Shown: positions 1 through 9,093, counted from the first letter of the stretch. The stretch: DNA of 39,210 nucleotides from Firmicutes bacterium UBA3567 (GCA_002376045.1 DFNM01000195.1:1-39210); one strand, 5' to 3'. Program-made: numbers and translations. Notes: generated by a model from the letters alone, not told the origin.

Positions 1-1186
1 GCGCCATCAGGCGGTCTACCTTTGTTTCATCCACCCGGATGCTTTTACTCGCAGCAGCAGGAGCAGAAACTTTCGTTCCTTCAGGTTTTCCAGGTCCAGC
101 TGCAATTGAAGTGCCTTCTTTTACAGCCAAACTCCTGGCCATTTTCTCGGCTGCATCAAGGAGTGAAAAGAGTTCTCTCTGTTGTTCAGAACCCGGCTTA
201 TCCAGGAGTTCTTCCGCTTTCTTCAGCTCAAATCTGTTGAAATAATTACCAATCCCTGCCAGGATTCTGGCTACAGAAAGACCATACCGCGGAAAATTTT
301 CCCGGCTCCACGGTTGTCCGAGGTATTCTCTCAACTGGGTCAGAATCAATTGTAAAACTTCTGCTTCCCCCTGATTCAACTGGATATCAGGAGGAGAAAC
401 CGGTTTTTCTTCCACCCGGGACGTCTTTTCTTTTTCACCTGAGTTCTCCGGACCGACATCTTCCGCCCCGGCACAGAGCTCACCTGTTTCCCCAAAAACC
501 GGGCAAACAGTCAGGCGCAGGTCAGGCAAATCTCCTAAAACTTCAGCAAGCGCATTTTCCAATGTACGTGTACTGATGTCAGATCTAAGATAAAAATGCA
601 GGGACAAGAAAGAGGGCATATCCCTCCCTGGGTCAGTATCCAACTCTCCTGCCCCGCTTACCACAGCGCGAACCACCTTTCCGCAGGAAGCCAGCTTTTC
701 ATAAACTGCCAGCAGATTAAGCGATTCGGACGAAGCACACATCTCCAGGCTCACTTCATAAACGCATTCCCCGGGTACCATTTGCGCGGCTGTTTCCGGC
801 ATCTGTGAAACATCGGTCGAACTGGTTTTACTAAACAACTCTTCCAACTTCCCAATCCTTTCCCAGCATGTTTTTTCATCCACCTGCAGCTTGCCTTCTG
901 TTTCTGCTTTTTCCACAACTTCCAGCAAAAACTCAAGGGCACTACTGACAACTTCGGCAAACTGCTCCGATGCATCAATCTCCCCCGTTTTTACCCCCTT
1001 CAGCACCTCAAGCAACCGTTTAGCCAGCTCGTTCAGGACATCATATTCTTTGGTATGTTCTACCAGGGCCTTCATTTTTTCTAAAAGCTGATCAAGTACA
1101 TGGCTATCGGGTTTGCGGACCAGAGAGAAGACTAAAAATCCAGTTTTGTCAAGAACCTCTTTGATTTTTTCCAAAATTTTGTTCAT
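1..1186 (-). CDS. cheA: Chemotaxis histidine kinase CheA, N-terminal part (HPt-like bundle, P2-like segment, start of dimerisation domain); rest of the gene lies beyond the window start
   Basis: Absent from the ORF track because it runs off the edge. The reverse complement from the ATG at 1186 reads MNKILEKIKEVLDK... with no stop and ends ...SKSIRVDETKVDRLMA, which matches the RVDxxK(L/V)DxLM signature that opens the CheA P3 domain. It has an HPt-like helix ALVEHTKEYDVLNELAKRLLEVL. It sits 9 nt downstream of cheY in the che operon. Confidence 0.75.
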   Translation of the reverse strand, partial: MNKILEKIKEVLDKTGFLVFSLVRKPDSHVLDQLLEKMKALVEHTKEYDVLNELAKRLLEVLKGVKTGEIDASEQFAEVVSSALEFLLEVVEKAETEGKLQVDEKTCWERIGKLEELFSKTSSTDVSQMPETAAQMVPGECVYEVSLEMCASSESLNLLAVYEKLASCGKVVRAVVSGAGELDTDPGRDMPSFLSLHFYLRSDISTRTLENALAEVLGDLPDLRLTVCPVFGETGELCAGAEDVGPENSGEKEKTSRVEEKPVSPPDIQLNQGEAEVLQLILTQLREYLGQPWSRENFPRYGLSVARILAGIGNYFNRFELKKAEELLDKPGSEQQRELFSLLDAAEKMARSLAVKEGTSIAAGPGKPEGTKVSAPAAASKSIRVDETKVDRLMA

Positions 1187-1195
1187 TTTCACTTA

Positions 1196-1567
1196 TTACC
1201 TCACTCCAGCAATAATCTTAGTTAGAAAAAGAAGCCTTTCTGGCTTTACCGGTTTTACCAGGAAGAGGTTGGCTCCGGCTCGATATCCTTCCAGGCGGTC
1301 GCTGTCCTTTGCTTCTGTCGAGATGATTATCACCGGCACCCCAACCCCTCTTTCATCCTCTCTAAGCTGCCGCACCAGTTCATAACCTGACATCTTGGGC
1401 ATGTTTATATCCACAATGAAGAAGTCGTAATCAAACTTTACCGCTTTTTCCAGTGCTTCATAACCGTTGGCTGCATGGTCCACAGCAAAACCGGCTTTGC
1501 TTAAGATGGAAGTGTAATAACCCCGTACTGTAGATGAGTCATCCACCACCAGTATGTGTACGCTCAT
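1196..1567 (-). CDS. cheY: CheY-like single-domain response regulator
   Basis: 123 aa. Receiver motifs are present: ILVVDDS, DFFIVDINMPKMSG (phospho-acceptor Asp), PVIIISTE, FLVKP. It has a GAGG RBS and lies between cheR and cheA. Confidence 0.9.
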   Translation of the reverse strand: MSVHILVVDDSSTVRGYYTSILSKAGFAVDHAANGYEALEKAVKFDYDFFIVDINMPKMSGYELVRQLREDERGVGVPVIIISTEAKDSDRLEGYRAGANLFLVKPVKPERLLFLTKIIAGVR

Positions 1568-1579
1568 GTCTTTTTCGCC

Positions 1580-2395
1580 TCACTTTTGATATATAATTGC
1601 ATTCTTAAATTTCCTCAACCTGAAAATAGGTGTAATGCGGCTCATGGATTCCGAGTGCCCGAGGAAAATGTAACCGCCTTTCCTCAGGGCATCGTAAAAG
1701 TAAAGGGCCACTTCTCTGCGTGAAGAGTCGTCAAAGTAGATGAGAACGTTGCGACAGAATATGACATCAAAGTCCACCATCTTCCGCATGTTTTCCCGAT
1801 CCAGAAGGTTGAGTTGATAAAAGTATATCTGCCGGCGCAGTTCTGAACGTATCTCGAACTGTTCACCCATACGTCGAAAATAACGGGCAAGGTAAACCTC
1901 CGGAACGTCTTTGACAGCGCGCCTGCCGTAAAGTCCTTTTTTTGCCTGCAGCAGCACATCTGTATTTAAATCGGTGGCGTGAATTTCCCACGTAACGGGC
2001 ATTCCCCCGGTCATCTCCTTTATGATGATGGCTAAAGTGTAAGCTTCTTCCCCCGTTGAACACCCGGCAGACCAGATGCGTATTCTTTTGGAATTTTGGT
2101 TGTTTTTGCCCTTCAGAATCTCGGGTATTACTTCTTCGGCAAAGCAGCGCAGCTGCTGATACTCCCTGAAAAAGTAGGTCTCATTGACAGTCAGGGCGTT
2201 GAGAAGCTCCTGCAGCTCACGGCCAGAGGTATCAAACCGCATCCAGGCAAAATAGGCACGGAAGCTATCCACGCCGATGGAGCGCATACGCGCTTCCACG
2301 CGTTTTTCCACGTAGTAAAGTTTCTTTTCATCAAAGTAAATCCCGACCTTGCGGTAGATGTAATCCCGAAGCTTAACGAATTCTTCTATAGTCAA
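1580..2395 (-). CDS. cheR: Chemotaxis protein methyltransferase CheR
   Basis: 271 aa. It has the SAM-binding motif RIWSAGCSTGEEAYTLAI and the CheR-typical VNETYFFRE and FCRNVLIYF. TTG start with a GGAGGG RBS 6 nt upstream. Confidence 0.93.
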   Translation of the reverse strand: MTIEEFVKLRDYIYRKVGIYFDEKKLYYVEKRVEARMRSIGVDSFRAYFAWMRFDTSGRELQELLNALTVNETYFFREYQQLRCFAEEVIPEILKGKNNQNSKRIRIWSAGCSTGEEAYTLAIIIKEMTGGMPVTWEIHATDLNTDVLLQAKKGLYGRRAVKDVPEVYLARYFRRMGEQFEIRSELRRQIYFYQLNLLDRENMRKMVDFDVIFCRNVLIYFDDSSRREVALYFYDALRKGGYIFLGHSESMSRITPIFRLRKFKNAIIYQK

Positions 2396-2460
2396 TTCTA
2401 ACCCTCCTCAAGCATCGCGCGGAAAGCTTCCTGCGCGGATAAAAACAGGTTTTCAATCAG

Positions 2461-3039
2461 CTATACCTCCATCTTTCTTAAAGCGACCTCAACCGCATAT
2501 TCCAAAAAAGGATCGGAAAAACGTTCCGCCGCTTTTCGAACTGTTTCCCGGTCATCGCCGCGCAAGCCCATTTCGCCCAGGTATTCCACCGCTGCAGCCA
2601 CCACATTGACATCCTCATCCTCTTCCACTACCCGGCACAAAAGTTCCACTGCCTCCTTGACCTTCAGTTCTCCCAGGACATTCACGGCAAAAAGTCTTAC
2701 ATCCGGGTCAGGGTCCTGCAAGAGCTCCTTGACTACACCCAGTGATGTATGCTGCAGCAGCTGAAGCACCTCTATCGCCGAATTCCTCAGGTAGGCATCT
2801 TCACTGCGCAAAAGCTCAGCACACCGCCTTACCACAGCCTCCGTACCGATTGTAATAAGGGTGCTGACAATGGCTTCCTGTACGGCACGGCTTTTCTCTT
2901 CTACCAGTCTGTTTACCAGATGTTCCACCACGTCTTCCCTGGGAAAATCGGAAAGTTCCATGGCCGCATAGCGTCTCTCCCTCTCTTCCGGGTGGGTGGA
3001 TAGAATTTCCATGAGCTTTTTGACCTTGCTGGTTTTCAA
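2461..3039 (-). CDS. HEAT / PBS-lyase-like repeat protein embedded in the che operon
   Basis: 192 aa of repeated helix pairs: (D/E)xxVRxxAxxALGxxG-like units such as DPDVRLFAVNVLGEL, DAYLRNSAIEVL and DVNVVAAAVEYLGEMG. The TTG start overlaps the cheB stop (TTGA), with an AGGAG upstream. Confidence 0.8.
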   Translation of the reverse strand: MKTSKVKKLMEILSTHPEERERRYAAMELSDFPREDVVEHLVNRLVEEKSRAVQEAIVSTLITIGTEAVVRRCAELLRSEDAYLRNSAIEVLQLLQHTSLGVVKELLQDPDPDVRLFAVNVLGELKVKEAVELLCRVVEEDEDVNVVAAAVEYLGEMGLRGDDRETVRKAAERFSDPFLEYAVEVALRKMEV

Positions 3040-4088
3040 TTTCTCTTCACTCCTTTAATGATTTGCTGGGCAATGCGATAGGACGGAGCTACCACCTCGG
3101 CTCCTCCTCTGAGGTAAGTCTCCCTGGGCATACCCCAGACCACCGCAGTTTCTTCCGCTTCAGCTATGGTGTAGCCGCCGCGTTTTCTTATTTCCACCAT
3201 CATATCCGCTCCATCATCACCCATACCTGTAAGTATTACCCCTACTATATCCCGGGGAGGCACTTTTTCTAAAACTGACTGTATTGTTATATTAACCGAA
3301 GGAACATATAAAGCACCCGCCGGCTGGCGGCTGAGCCTGGTTACCAGCCCACCACCGGTATTCTTTTCTATTTTTAAATGATAGCCCCCTCTGGCCACCA
3401 AAACCTTTCCCGGCATTAATTCATCACCATCTGCCGCTTCTTTGACGGCTACCTGGCAGCTCTGGTCCAGGCGCCGGGCAAAAGATGCCGTAAAGTTTTC
3501 CGGCATGTGCTGCACTACCAGCACCGCTGCCGGGAGGTCCTGGGGCAGGTAGGGCAAAATATCCATAAGGGTACGGGGACCTCCGGTCGATACCCCAATG
3601 ACCACCACTTTCAGCGAATGCTGCCCGATACCCGACCTGAATCGGGGACGAGGTGGCCGGGGAGCCAAAGCATGTGCCTTTTCCGGCCGGCGCGGCCTTA
3701 ACTTGGCCCGTGCCGCTGCTTTAACCTTTGCTATAAGCTCTTCTTTGAGCTGTTTTATGCCGAGGGAAATCGTCCCTCCGGGTTTGCCCACAAAATCCAC
3801 CGCACCCAGCTCTAAAGCTTCCAGTGTGGTGAAGGCACCCTCCTGGGTGAGAGAAGAAACCATAATCACCGAGCAGGGTGCCTTAAGGAGGATGTACTGG
3901 AGGGCAGTGAGGCCATCCATCACAGGCATATTCACGTCCATGGTAACCACATCAGGTCTTAGCTCCAGTGCCTTTGTTACTGCCTCTTTACCGTCACGGG
4001 CAGTATCCACCACCTCTATTTGATCATCTGAAGCAAGCATTTCCATAAGGATTCTCCTCATAAGAGCAGAATCGTCAGCTATCAACAC
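3036..4088 (-). CDS. cheB: Protein-glutamate methylesterase CheB (receiver + methylesterase)
   Basis: Receiver domain (RVLIADDSALMRR, DVVTMDVNMPVMDG) plus methylesterase domain (VVIGVSTGGP, VVQHMP, LTGMGDDGA). The track ORF extends to 4169, but that extension overlaps the cheW gene and is non-homologous. GTG at 4088 has an AGGAG 8 nt upstream and gives the canonical MLIADDS start. Confidence 0.9.
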   Translation of the reverse strand: MLIADDSALMRRILMEMLASDDQIEVVDTARDGKEAVTKALELRPDVVTMDVNMPVMDGLTALQYILLKAPCSVIMVSSLTQEGAFTTLEALELGAVDFVGKPGGTISLGIKQLKEELIAKVKAAARAKLRPRRPEKAHALAPRPPRPRFRSGIGQHSLKVVVIGVSTGGPRTLMDILPYLPQDLPAAVLVVQHMPENFTASFARRLDQSCQVAVKEAADGDELMPGKVLVARGGYHLKIEKNTGGGLVTRLSRQPAGALYVPSVNITIQSVLEKVPPRDIVGVILTGMGDDGADMMVEIRKRGGYTIAEAEETAVVWGMPRETYLRGGAEVVAPSYRIAQQIIKGVKRN

Positions 4089-5607
4089 CCGTATTCTCCT
4101 GGAGTTCCACGTTCTGCTCAAAGTCTGCCAGCTCCTCCTTTTCTCTAAACGATAGGACTTCCTTAACATTCAACACGATGATCAGCCGCTCGCCTTCTTC
4201 TGCTTTAGCTATTCCCCTGACAAAGCGGCTGTCTACCGAAGCGGTCAGGAGATCCGGCGCTGTTTCGATGACCTTACGGAAAACCTTCAGCACTTCCTGC
4301 ACCGAGTCAACGACAAGACCGGTCAAAAGCCCGTCCATCTCTACTACGACGACTTTTGTGTACTCATCCCTGGATTTTTCTTCCATCTCGAATCTTTTTC
4401 TGAGGTCGATTACAGGGATTATGGTTCCGCGAAGGTTAATTACCCCTTCAACAAACTGCGGAGCTTTGGGAACGGCCACTATATCCGGAACCCTGATGAT
4501 TTCCCGAACATCAGCGATGCCGGCTGCAAATTCTTCTTCACCCAGCTTGAAAATCACCAGCTGTTCTTCCTGTTCACTGGTATTGACCACTTCTCCTTCT
4601 TCTTCGCTGTCCAAAACCCCACCCACTTTCAGGAGGTCATTTAAGGCAAGAAAACCTGTCGGGTCAAGCACGTATACCAGCCGCTTGCCTTCTGCCATCT
4701 TGCACACTCCATTTATTCCTTCACCACTCCCGGTGCGCAGCAGCACCGGTACGGGGTCAATAATCGCTCTGGGAATGCGGAGCACCTCTGTCACCTCATC
4801 GGCTATCAGACCCACTGTAACCTCCCCTTTCCGCTGATCGTAAAGGTTCACCACTACTATACGCGTTCGGTCATTCACTTTACCATCTTCCAGTTTGAAA
4901 AGGGTTCGCAAGCTGACCACCGGCAGAACCCGGTTCCGAAGGGTCATAATTCCAACAAGATAAGGGGGGGCATCGGGTAGCCGGTTAATGTTCTCCGGCA
5001 TGTGGACAATCTCCTGCACCATGCCTATGTCAATTCCGTACTCCTCTTTCCCGAGCCGAAAGGCGACGAGTTGAACTTTGTCTTCCTCTTTTTCTTCATC
5101 TTTTTTTTGTTCTTCTGTTCGTGTAAACCCCTGGGATTCAACGGTATCTGCTGTCATACCCCCGTTTTTCCCGATCTTCATAAAGTGAGCTACATCCATT
5201 AACATTATAAGGTGTTCGCTTCCAGCCAGCCTGGCTATCCCCTTGAGAAACTCTGTCCTGGCCTCACCCTCCCTAACCTCTTCAATTTCATCAGCGGCTA
5301 TGTTTACCACCTCGGATACTCTGTCCACAATGAAACCCAGCCTTTTCTGGCCGTCGTCCAGGACTATAACCCTGCTGGTTTCGTTCAGGGGCTTCTTTTC
5401 CATACCAAGCCTGACACTCATGTTCACTATGGTGAGAATGTTTCCCCGCAGGTTGGCCAGCCCTTCCAGATAGGGCGGGGTGCGGGGAACCTTCACCATC
5501 CCAGGGACACGAATTATCTCCTGGACAAACTCGATTTCCACGCCATAAGCTTCGCTGCCTACATAAAAGACAACATACTGCCCGGCAGCCCGTTTGTTTT
5601 GCTGCAC
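4075..5607 (-). CDS. cheW: Scaffold protein with three tandem CheW domains
   Basis: 510 aa. Three collinear CheW-like modules start at QYVVFYVGSEAYGVEI, VQLVAFRLGKEEYGIDI and EQLVIFKLGEEEFAAGI. Each is followed by PxxP(Y/F)(L/V)xG(I/L/V)xNLRG-type and (I/V)VDxVxEV motifs. GTG start with a GGAGGGA RBS. Confidence 0.88.
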   Translation of the reverse strand: MQQNKRAAGQYVVFYVGSEAYGVEIEFVQEIIRVPGMVKVPRTPPYLEGLANLRGNILTIVNMSVRLGMEKKPLNETSRVIVLDDGQKRLGFIVDRVSEVVNIAADEIEEVREGEARTEFLKGIARLAGSEHLIMLMDVAHFMKIGKNGGMTADTVESQGFTRTEEQKKDEEKEEDKVQLVAFRLGKEEYGIDIGMVQEIVHMPENINRLPDAPPYLVGIMTLRNRVLPVVSLRTLFKLEDGKVNDRTRIVVVNLYDQRKGEVTVGLIADEVTEVLRIPRAIIDPVPVLLRTGSGEGINGVCKMAEGKRLVYVLDPTGFLALNDLLKVGGVLDSEEEGEVVNTSEQEEQLVIFKLGEEEFAAGIADVREIIRVPDIVAVPKAPQFVEGVINLRGTIIPVIDLRKRFEMEEKSRDEYTKVVVVEMDGLLTGLVVDSVQEVLKVFRKVIETAPDLLTASVDSRFVRGIAKAEEGERLIIVLNVKEVLSFREKEELADFEQNVELQENTGVDS

Positions 5608-5621
5608 AAACCATCCCTCCT

Positions 5622-7559
5622 CTAAAGCTGCTGCAGCTCGTCTGCCAGTGCAGCTATCTCTTCAGCAGCTCTGGACAGCTCTCCCATTCCCTGGGCCTGC
5701 TGCCTGCTGGCACTTGCAGCCTGTTCAGAGGCCGAGGCTGCTTCCTGGGCTGCCTGGGCAATTTGCTCCACAGCCTTTTTAACCTGTTCGGCAGCAGCTG
5801 CCACCTGGGCCGCACTTTCAATTAATTTTCTGGTTTTATCCAAAACCATCTTTATGTCCGCTTCAATACGCACCAGGTCTTGAGTAGTCTTTTTCGCCTT
5901 TTCTACCTCCTGACTTGTTGCTTCTCCTATCTCTTCAATGTCCCTTAATACCATGCCAACCTGACCCTGGATGTTCTTCACCAGCTCCTTGATCTGCTCG
6001 GTGTTACGGGCGCTCTCCTGAGCCAGGTTGCGGATATCGGATGCAACCACGGCAAACCCCTTGCCGTACTCACCAGCTCGGGCCGCCTCAATAGCCCCAC
6101 TGACTGCCAGCATATTGGTCTGGATGCTTACAGTATTAATTGCCTCCACTATCTTATCTATCTGCCTTGCCCTTTCTTCTAAAGCCTCAACCTTCCTGGC
6201 ATTTTCAACATTGGCCTCCAAAGCCCCAGAAATCCCTTTAATCAGTTCATCAATGCTGACTTTGTTGCGGGTCTGGACCTCAGACAGTTTTTCTACCTTC
6301 TCCTCGACAACTTTTGCCAGTTCATCAATTTGCCTGGCCCTGTCTTCTGCCTGGCCGGCGGCACTGGCACACTCTTCTGCTGCCATTGCCTGAGTTTGAG
6401 CTCCTTTTGAAATTTGGTCCAAGGCAGCCATGATTTCCTGGGCAGAGCGGGTAGACTCCTCAATCGCCGCTGAAAGCTCCTCCGCTGCGGCGGCCAGGCC
6501 TTCTGCCGATTTGGAAACTTCAGTAGACCTCATGAGGTCTTCACCCATTTCGGCCAGCTCACTTGCCGCTGTGCTGATATCGCTTAAAGCTCTTGTCTGC
6601 TGTTCCACCGCTTTTAATGCTTCCTCCGCCCCACTGGCCTGTTCCTCCGCTGCCCTGGCAATTTCACCTGCTCTCTGCCGGAATTGTTGAGCGCTGCGTA
6701 CAGATTCCTGAGAAGCATCATAAGCCTCTGTCACTGCTTCAAAAACGTCTTGCATAGCGCCAGCCGCTTCTTTCAACTCTTTGGTAATTACTTTGCCTTT
6801 CTCCGCTTCTTGCCGCGCATTGGCGGCAACCTGGTTAATGGCATCGGCCACCACTTTGACATCCTGCTGGATGGCCTGGATAAGCTCGCGGATGTCGTTG
6901 GCTGCCTTCTCTGATGTTGCCGCTAGAGTTCTTACCTCATCCGCTACCACAGCAAACCCCTTGCCGTGATCCCCGGCCCGGGCCGCCTCAATGGCAGCAT
7001 TAAGGGCCAGGAGGTTGGTCTGGTCGGCAATTTTTACCACGGTACGCACAATATCTCCAATGTTTTCTGCCTGCTTCTCCAGCTCAGCTACCAGTCTGGC
7101 CGAGCCTTCATTCCTCTCACTGGCAGCATTAACACCATCTATTAGTTTTTCGATATCGGAATTTATTTCTTTCATTAAAAACTGAACGGTCTTTGCCCCT
7201 TCTGAGATCTCAGAGGCATTCTCCCCTGCTCCTTGAGCTCCTTCGGTCGCTTGTTCAGCAGCTGCCAGCGTCTCCTGGGTGGCGCTGCTGGCCTCCTCAG
7301 CCCCACTGGCTATTTGCTCCATAGCCGACCTCAGTTCCTCCACTGCCCCGGATGCTTCTTCTACTCCGGCGGAAAGCTCTTCGGTAGCTGCGGCGATCCG
7401 TTCAGCTATCTGCTGCTGCTTGGCAAATGTCCTGGCCTTTCTGCGCTGAGTTTCAAGCTTCTTTTTCTCAACCTTCTTCAACTCAAAATTCGCTTTGTTC
7501 TCGTTCTTTTGGTCCTCTGCCTTTGCTGGCAGCGGTGCCAACTTTCTCTCCTCAACCAT
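5622..7559 (-). CDS. Soluble methyl-accepting chemotaxis protein with two signalling (hairpin-tip) domains
   Basis: 645 aa, with no hydrophobic segment anywhere. Two copies of the MCP tip motif are present: [37 protein letters not shown] and [40 protein letters not shown] start with an AAGGAGG RBS. Confidence 0.9.
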   Translation of the reverse strand: MVEERKLAPLPAKAEDQKNENKANFELKKVEKKKLETQRRKARTFAKQQQIAERIAAATEELSAGVEEASGAVEELRSAMEQIASGAEEASSATQETLAAAEQATEGAQGAGENASEISEGAKTVQFLMKEINSDIEKLIDGVNAASERNEGSARLVAELEKQAENIGDIVRTVVKIADQTNLLALNAAIEAARAGDHGKGFAVVADEVRTLAATSEKAANDIRELIQAIQQDVKVVADAINQVAANARQEAEKGKVITKELKEAAGAMQDVFEAVTEAYDASQESVRSAQQFRQRAGEIARAAEEQASGAEEALKAVEQQTRALSDISTAASELAEMGEDLMRSTEVSKSAEGLAAAAEELSAAIEESTRSAQEIMAALDQISKGAQTQAMAAEECASAAGQAEDRARQIDELAKVVEEKVEKLSEVQTRNKVSIDELIKGISGALEANVENARKVEALEERARQIDKIVEAINTVSIQTNMLAVSGAIEAARAGEYGKGFAVVASDIRNLAQESARNTEQIKELVKNIQGQVGMVLRDIEEIGEATSQEVEKAKKTTQDLVRIEADIKMVLDKTRKLIESAAQVAAAAEQVKKAVEQIAQAAQEAASASEQAASASRQQAQGMGELSRAAEEIAALADELQQL

Positions 7560-7793
7560 TAAACAATACCTCCTTAAATTTTATATTAATTTAATTTTTT
7601 TCATATATGGTCATTCCATTAACTCAACAGCTTTCTTCCAATCTGCTTATTTGCAAATAAAGCAGGGAAAACTTTTGATTTTTCAAATTGATTTCCATAC
7701 TAAGTGGTAAGGCTTAACTTTTTAGCACGCACTTCAACCTAGAAAAAATTTTGCTGAGTTAAATGCATAACCATATAAATTTTTAAATTTTTT

Positions 7794-8390
7794 TCATACA
7801 TACAAAGCTCTTCTGTCTGCTTTTAATCTACCGGCACGTGTCGACCCTGTCTCCCACATGCTGCGGAACACCTCAAACACTGCCGGATCAAACTGCCCTC
7901 TGCTTTCTGCCATAATCTCTAAAGCCCTACCGGGTTCGACCGGTCTGCGGTAAGGCCGGTAGCCGGTCAACGCCTCAAAGGCATCAACAACGGCAATCAT
8001 TCTGGCTACTAAAGGTATCTCCTCTCCTGCCAGGCCGTATAAATATCCATCACCGTCAAATCTCTCGTGATGGTAGAGAGCACCCATTATTATTTCTTCC
8101 ACAAACCCCAGGCTTTTGAGCAGTATTCCACCAATGTGAACATGTTGCTTCATTTCCTCCCGGTCAGCTTCGGTATATCTCTCACGGGACTTAAGCAGCC
8201 GGTCGGAAATGCCGATTTTGCCAATGTCGTGCAGAAGCCCTGCCTTATAGAAAGTCGATACCCTCCCTTCCCTCATGCCCCAGGTTTCTGCTAAACGTGC
8301 TAAATGATTTGCCACTTTGCGGCTATGGTCTGCACTCACCCGGTCTCTGGCCGCCAGGGCAAAAAAAAGTACTATGTCATATCCTACCAT
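7794..8390 (-). CDS. HD-GYP domain protein (probable c-di-GMP phosphodiesterase, stand-alone catalytic domain)
   Basis: LLHDIGKIG and HHERFDGDGYLYGL motifs. The track ORF starts at 8459, but the ATG at 8390 (MVGYDIV...) has GGAGGAATTTT directly upstream, and the extra 23 aa look non-homologous. Confidence 0.85.
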   Translation of the reverse strand: MVGYDIVLFFALAARDRVSADHSRKVANHLARLAETWGMREGRVSTFYKAGLLHDIGKIGISDRLLKSRERYTEADREEMKQHVHIGGILLKSLGFVEEIIMGALYHHERFDGDGYLYGLAGEEIPLVARMIAVVDAFEALTGYRPYRRPVEPGRALEIMAESRGQFDPAVFEVFRSMWETGSTRAGRLKADRRALYV

Positions 8391-8459
8391 AAAATTCCTC
8401 CATTCTAATATAAAAAAACAAATAAATTTGCTACCGCCTTTCAACAAGATTCGCTGCAA

Positions 8460-8678
8460 TTACGCTAATCCTGTAAAAACATTTTTTTGATATGTTCTGG
8501 CATTCTGTTGTTTTTTCTCTTTTTTTTTATTTTGGGTTACAAATCCATACTTTTTCAAATACCTTTGTATGGTCCTGCGACTAACTTTACATATCAACGC
8601 TATTTCTTCACAGCTCAGTTTTTTTTCGATGTATTGTTTTCTCAGCCACTCTTTATCCCAGTATGGTTGCAACTTCAA
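8460..8678 (-). CDS. Small helix-turn-helix protein (mobile-element-type HTH)
   Basis: 72 aa. The motif WDKEWLRKQYIEKKLSCEEIALICKVSRRTIQRYLKKYG is a typical short HTH module seen in phage/IS-associated proteins, followed by a Lys-rich tail. It lies in an AT-rich region and no clear RBS was checked. Confidence 0.45.
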   Translation of the reverse strand: MKLQPYWDKEWLRKQYIEKKLSCEEIALICKVSRRTIQRYLKKYGFVTQNKKKEKKQQNARTYQKNVFTGLA

Positions 8679-8992
8679 CTTTTAACACTGCCTTTTCATT
8701 TTCAAGATCAATCATCAAAAATTTACTCCCAACCTTTTAAACTCTTCAGCCAATCCCAATCTTCTAATTATACCTTAGGGACATCAGAAACATTATTTTG
8801 CCCCACCTCCTTCTCATAGGTCAAACCTTTTTTATTTACCAACAATTTTCCAAATGGTTGTATTTTTTTCAATTTTCGCTGGTATTTTCCTTTTTGCGAC
8901 AAATATTTGTAATTAATTTATTTTTGTGTATTTTATTTAATTTTGTTAATAATATAAAAATTCTGTATTTTTTCAATAAAATGGAGGAGAAC

Positions 8993-9030
8993 CTAAAAAA
9001 ATAAACCTGCGATGTACTAAACGCAGGTTT
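8993..9030 (-). terminator. Rho-independent terminator (minus strand), apparently orphaned
   Basis: 9-bp perfect stem AAACCTGCG / CGCAGGTTT (9003-9011 / 9022-9030), followed on the minus strand by AUUUUUUUAGG. No intact minus-strand gene ends just upstream of it. Confidence 0.5.
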
Positions 9031-9093
9031 AGCAAAATAAAAACATTATCATATTATATATAGCAAAAATATTTTTGGTGAGGTGGTACTCTT

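Noticed and set aside
4089-4169. Long form of cheB starting at 4169
   Set aside because: The extra 27 codons overlap the end of the cheW gene and are Arg/Ser-rich and non-homologous. GTG at 4088 with an AGGAG RBS gives the canonical receiver N-terminus.
5594-7562. Many plus-strand ORFs inside the MCP gene (for example 6028..6393, 6430..6690, 7233..7562)
   Set aside because: They are antisense to a strongly supported Ala/Glu-rich coiled-coil gene. Their Ser/Ala/Leu-rich low-complexity translations have no RBS or motifs, which is the typical shadow-ORF pattern.
8391-8459. Long form of the HD-GYP gene starting at 8459
   Set aside because: The internal ATG at 8390 has a GGAGGA RBS, and the upstream 23 codons lie in the AT-rich promoter region with no similarity to the HD-GYP family.
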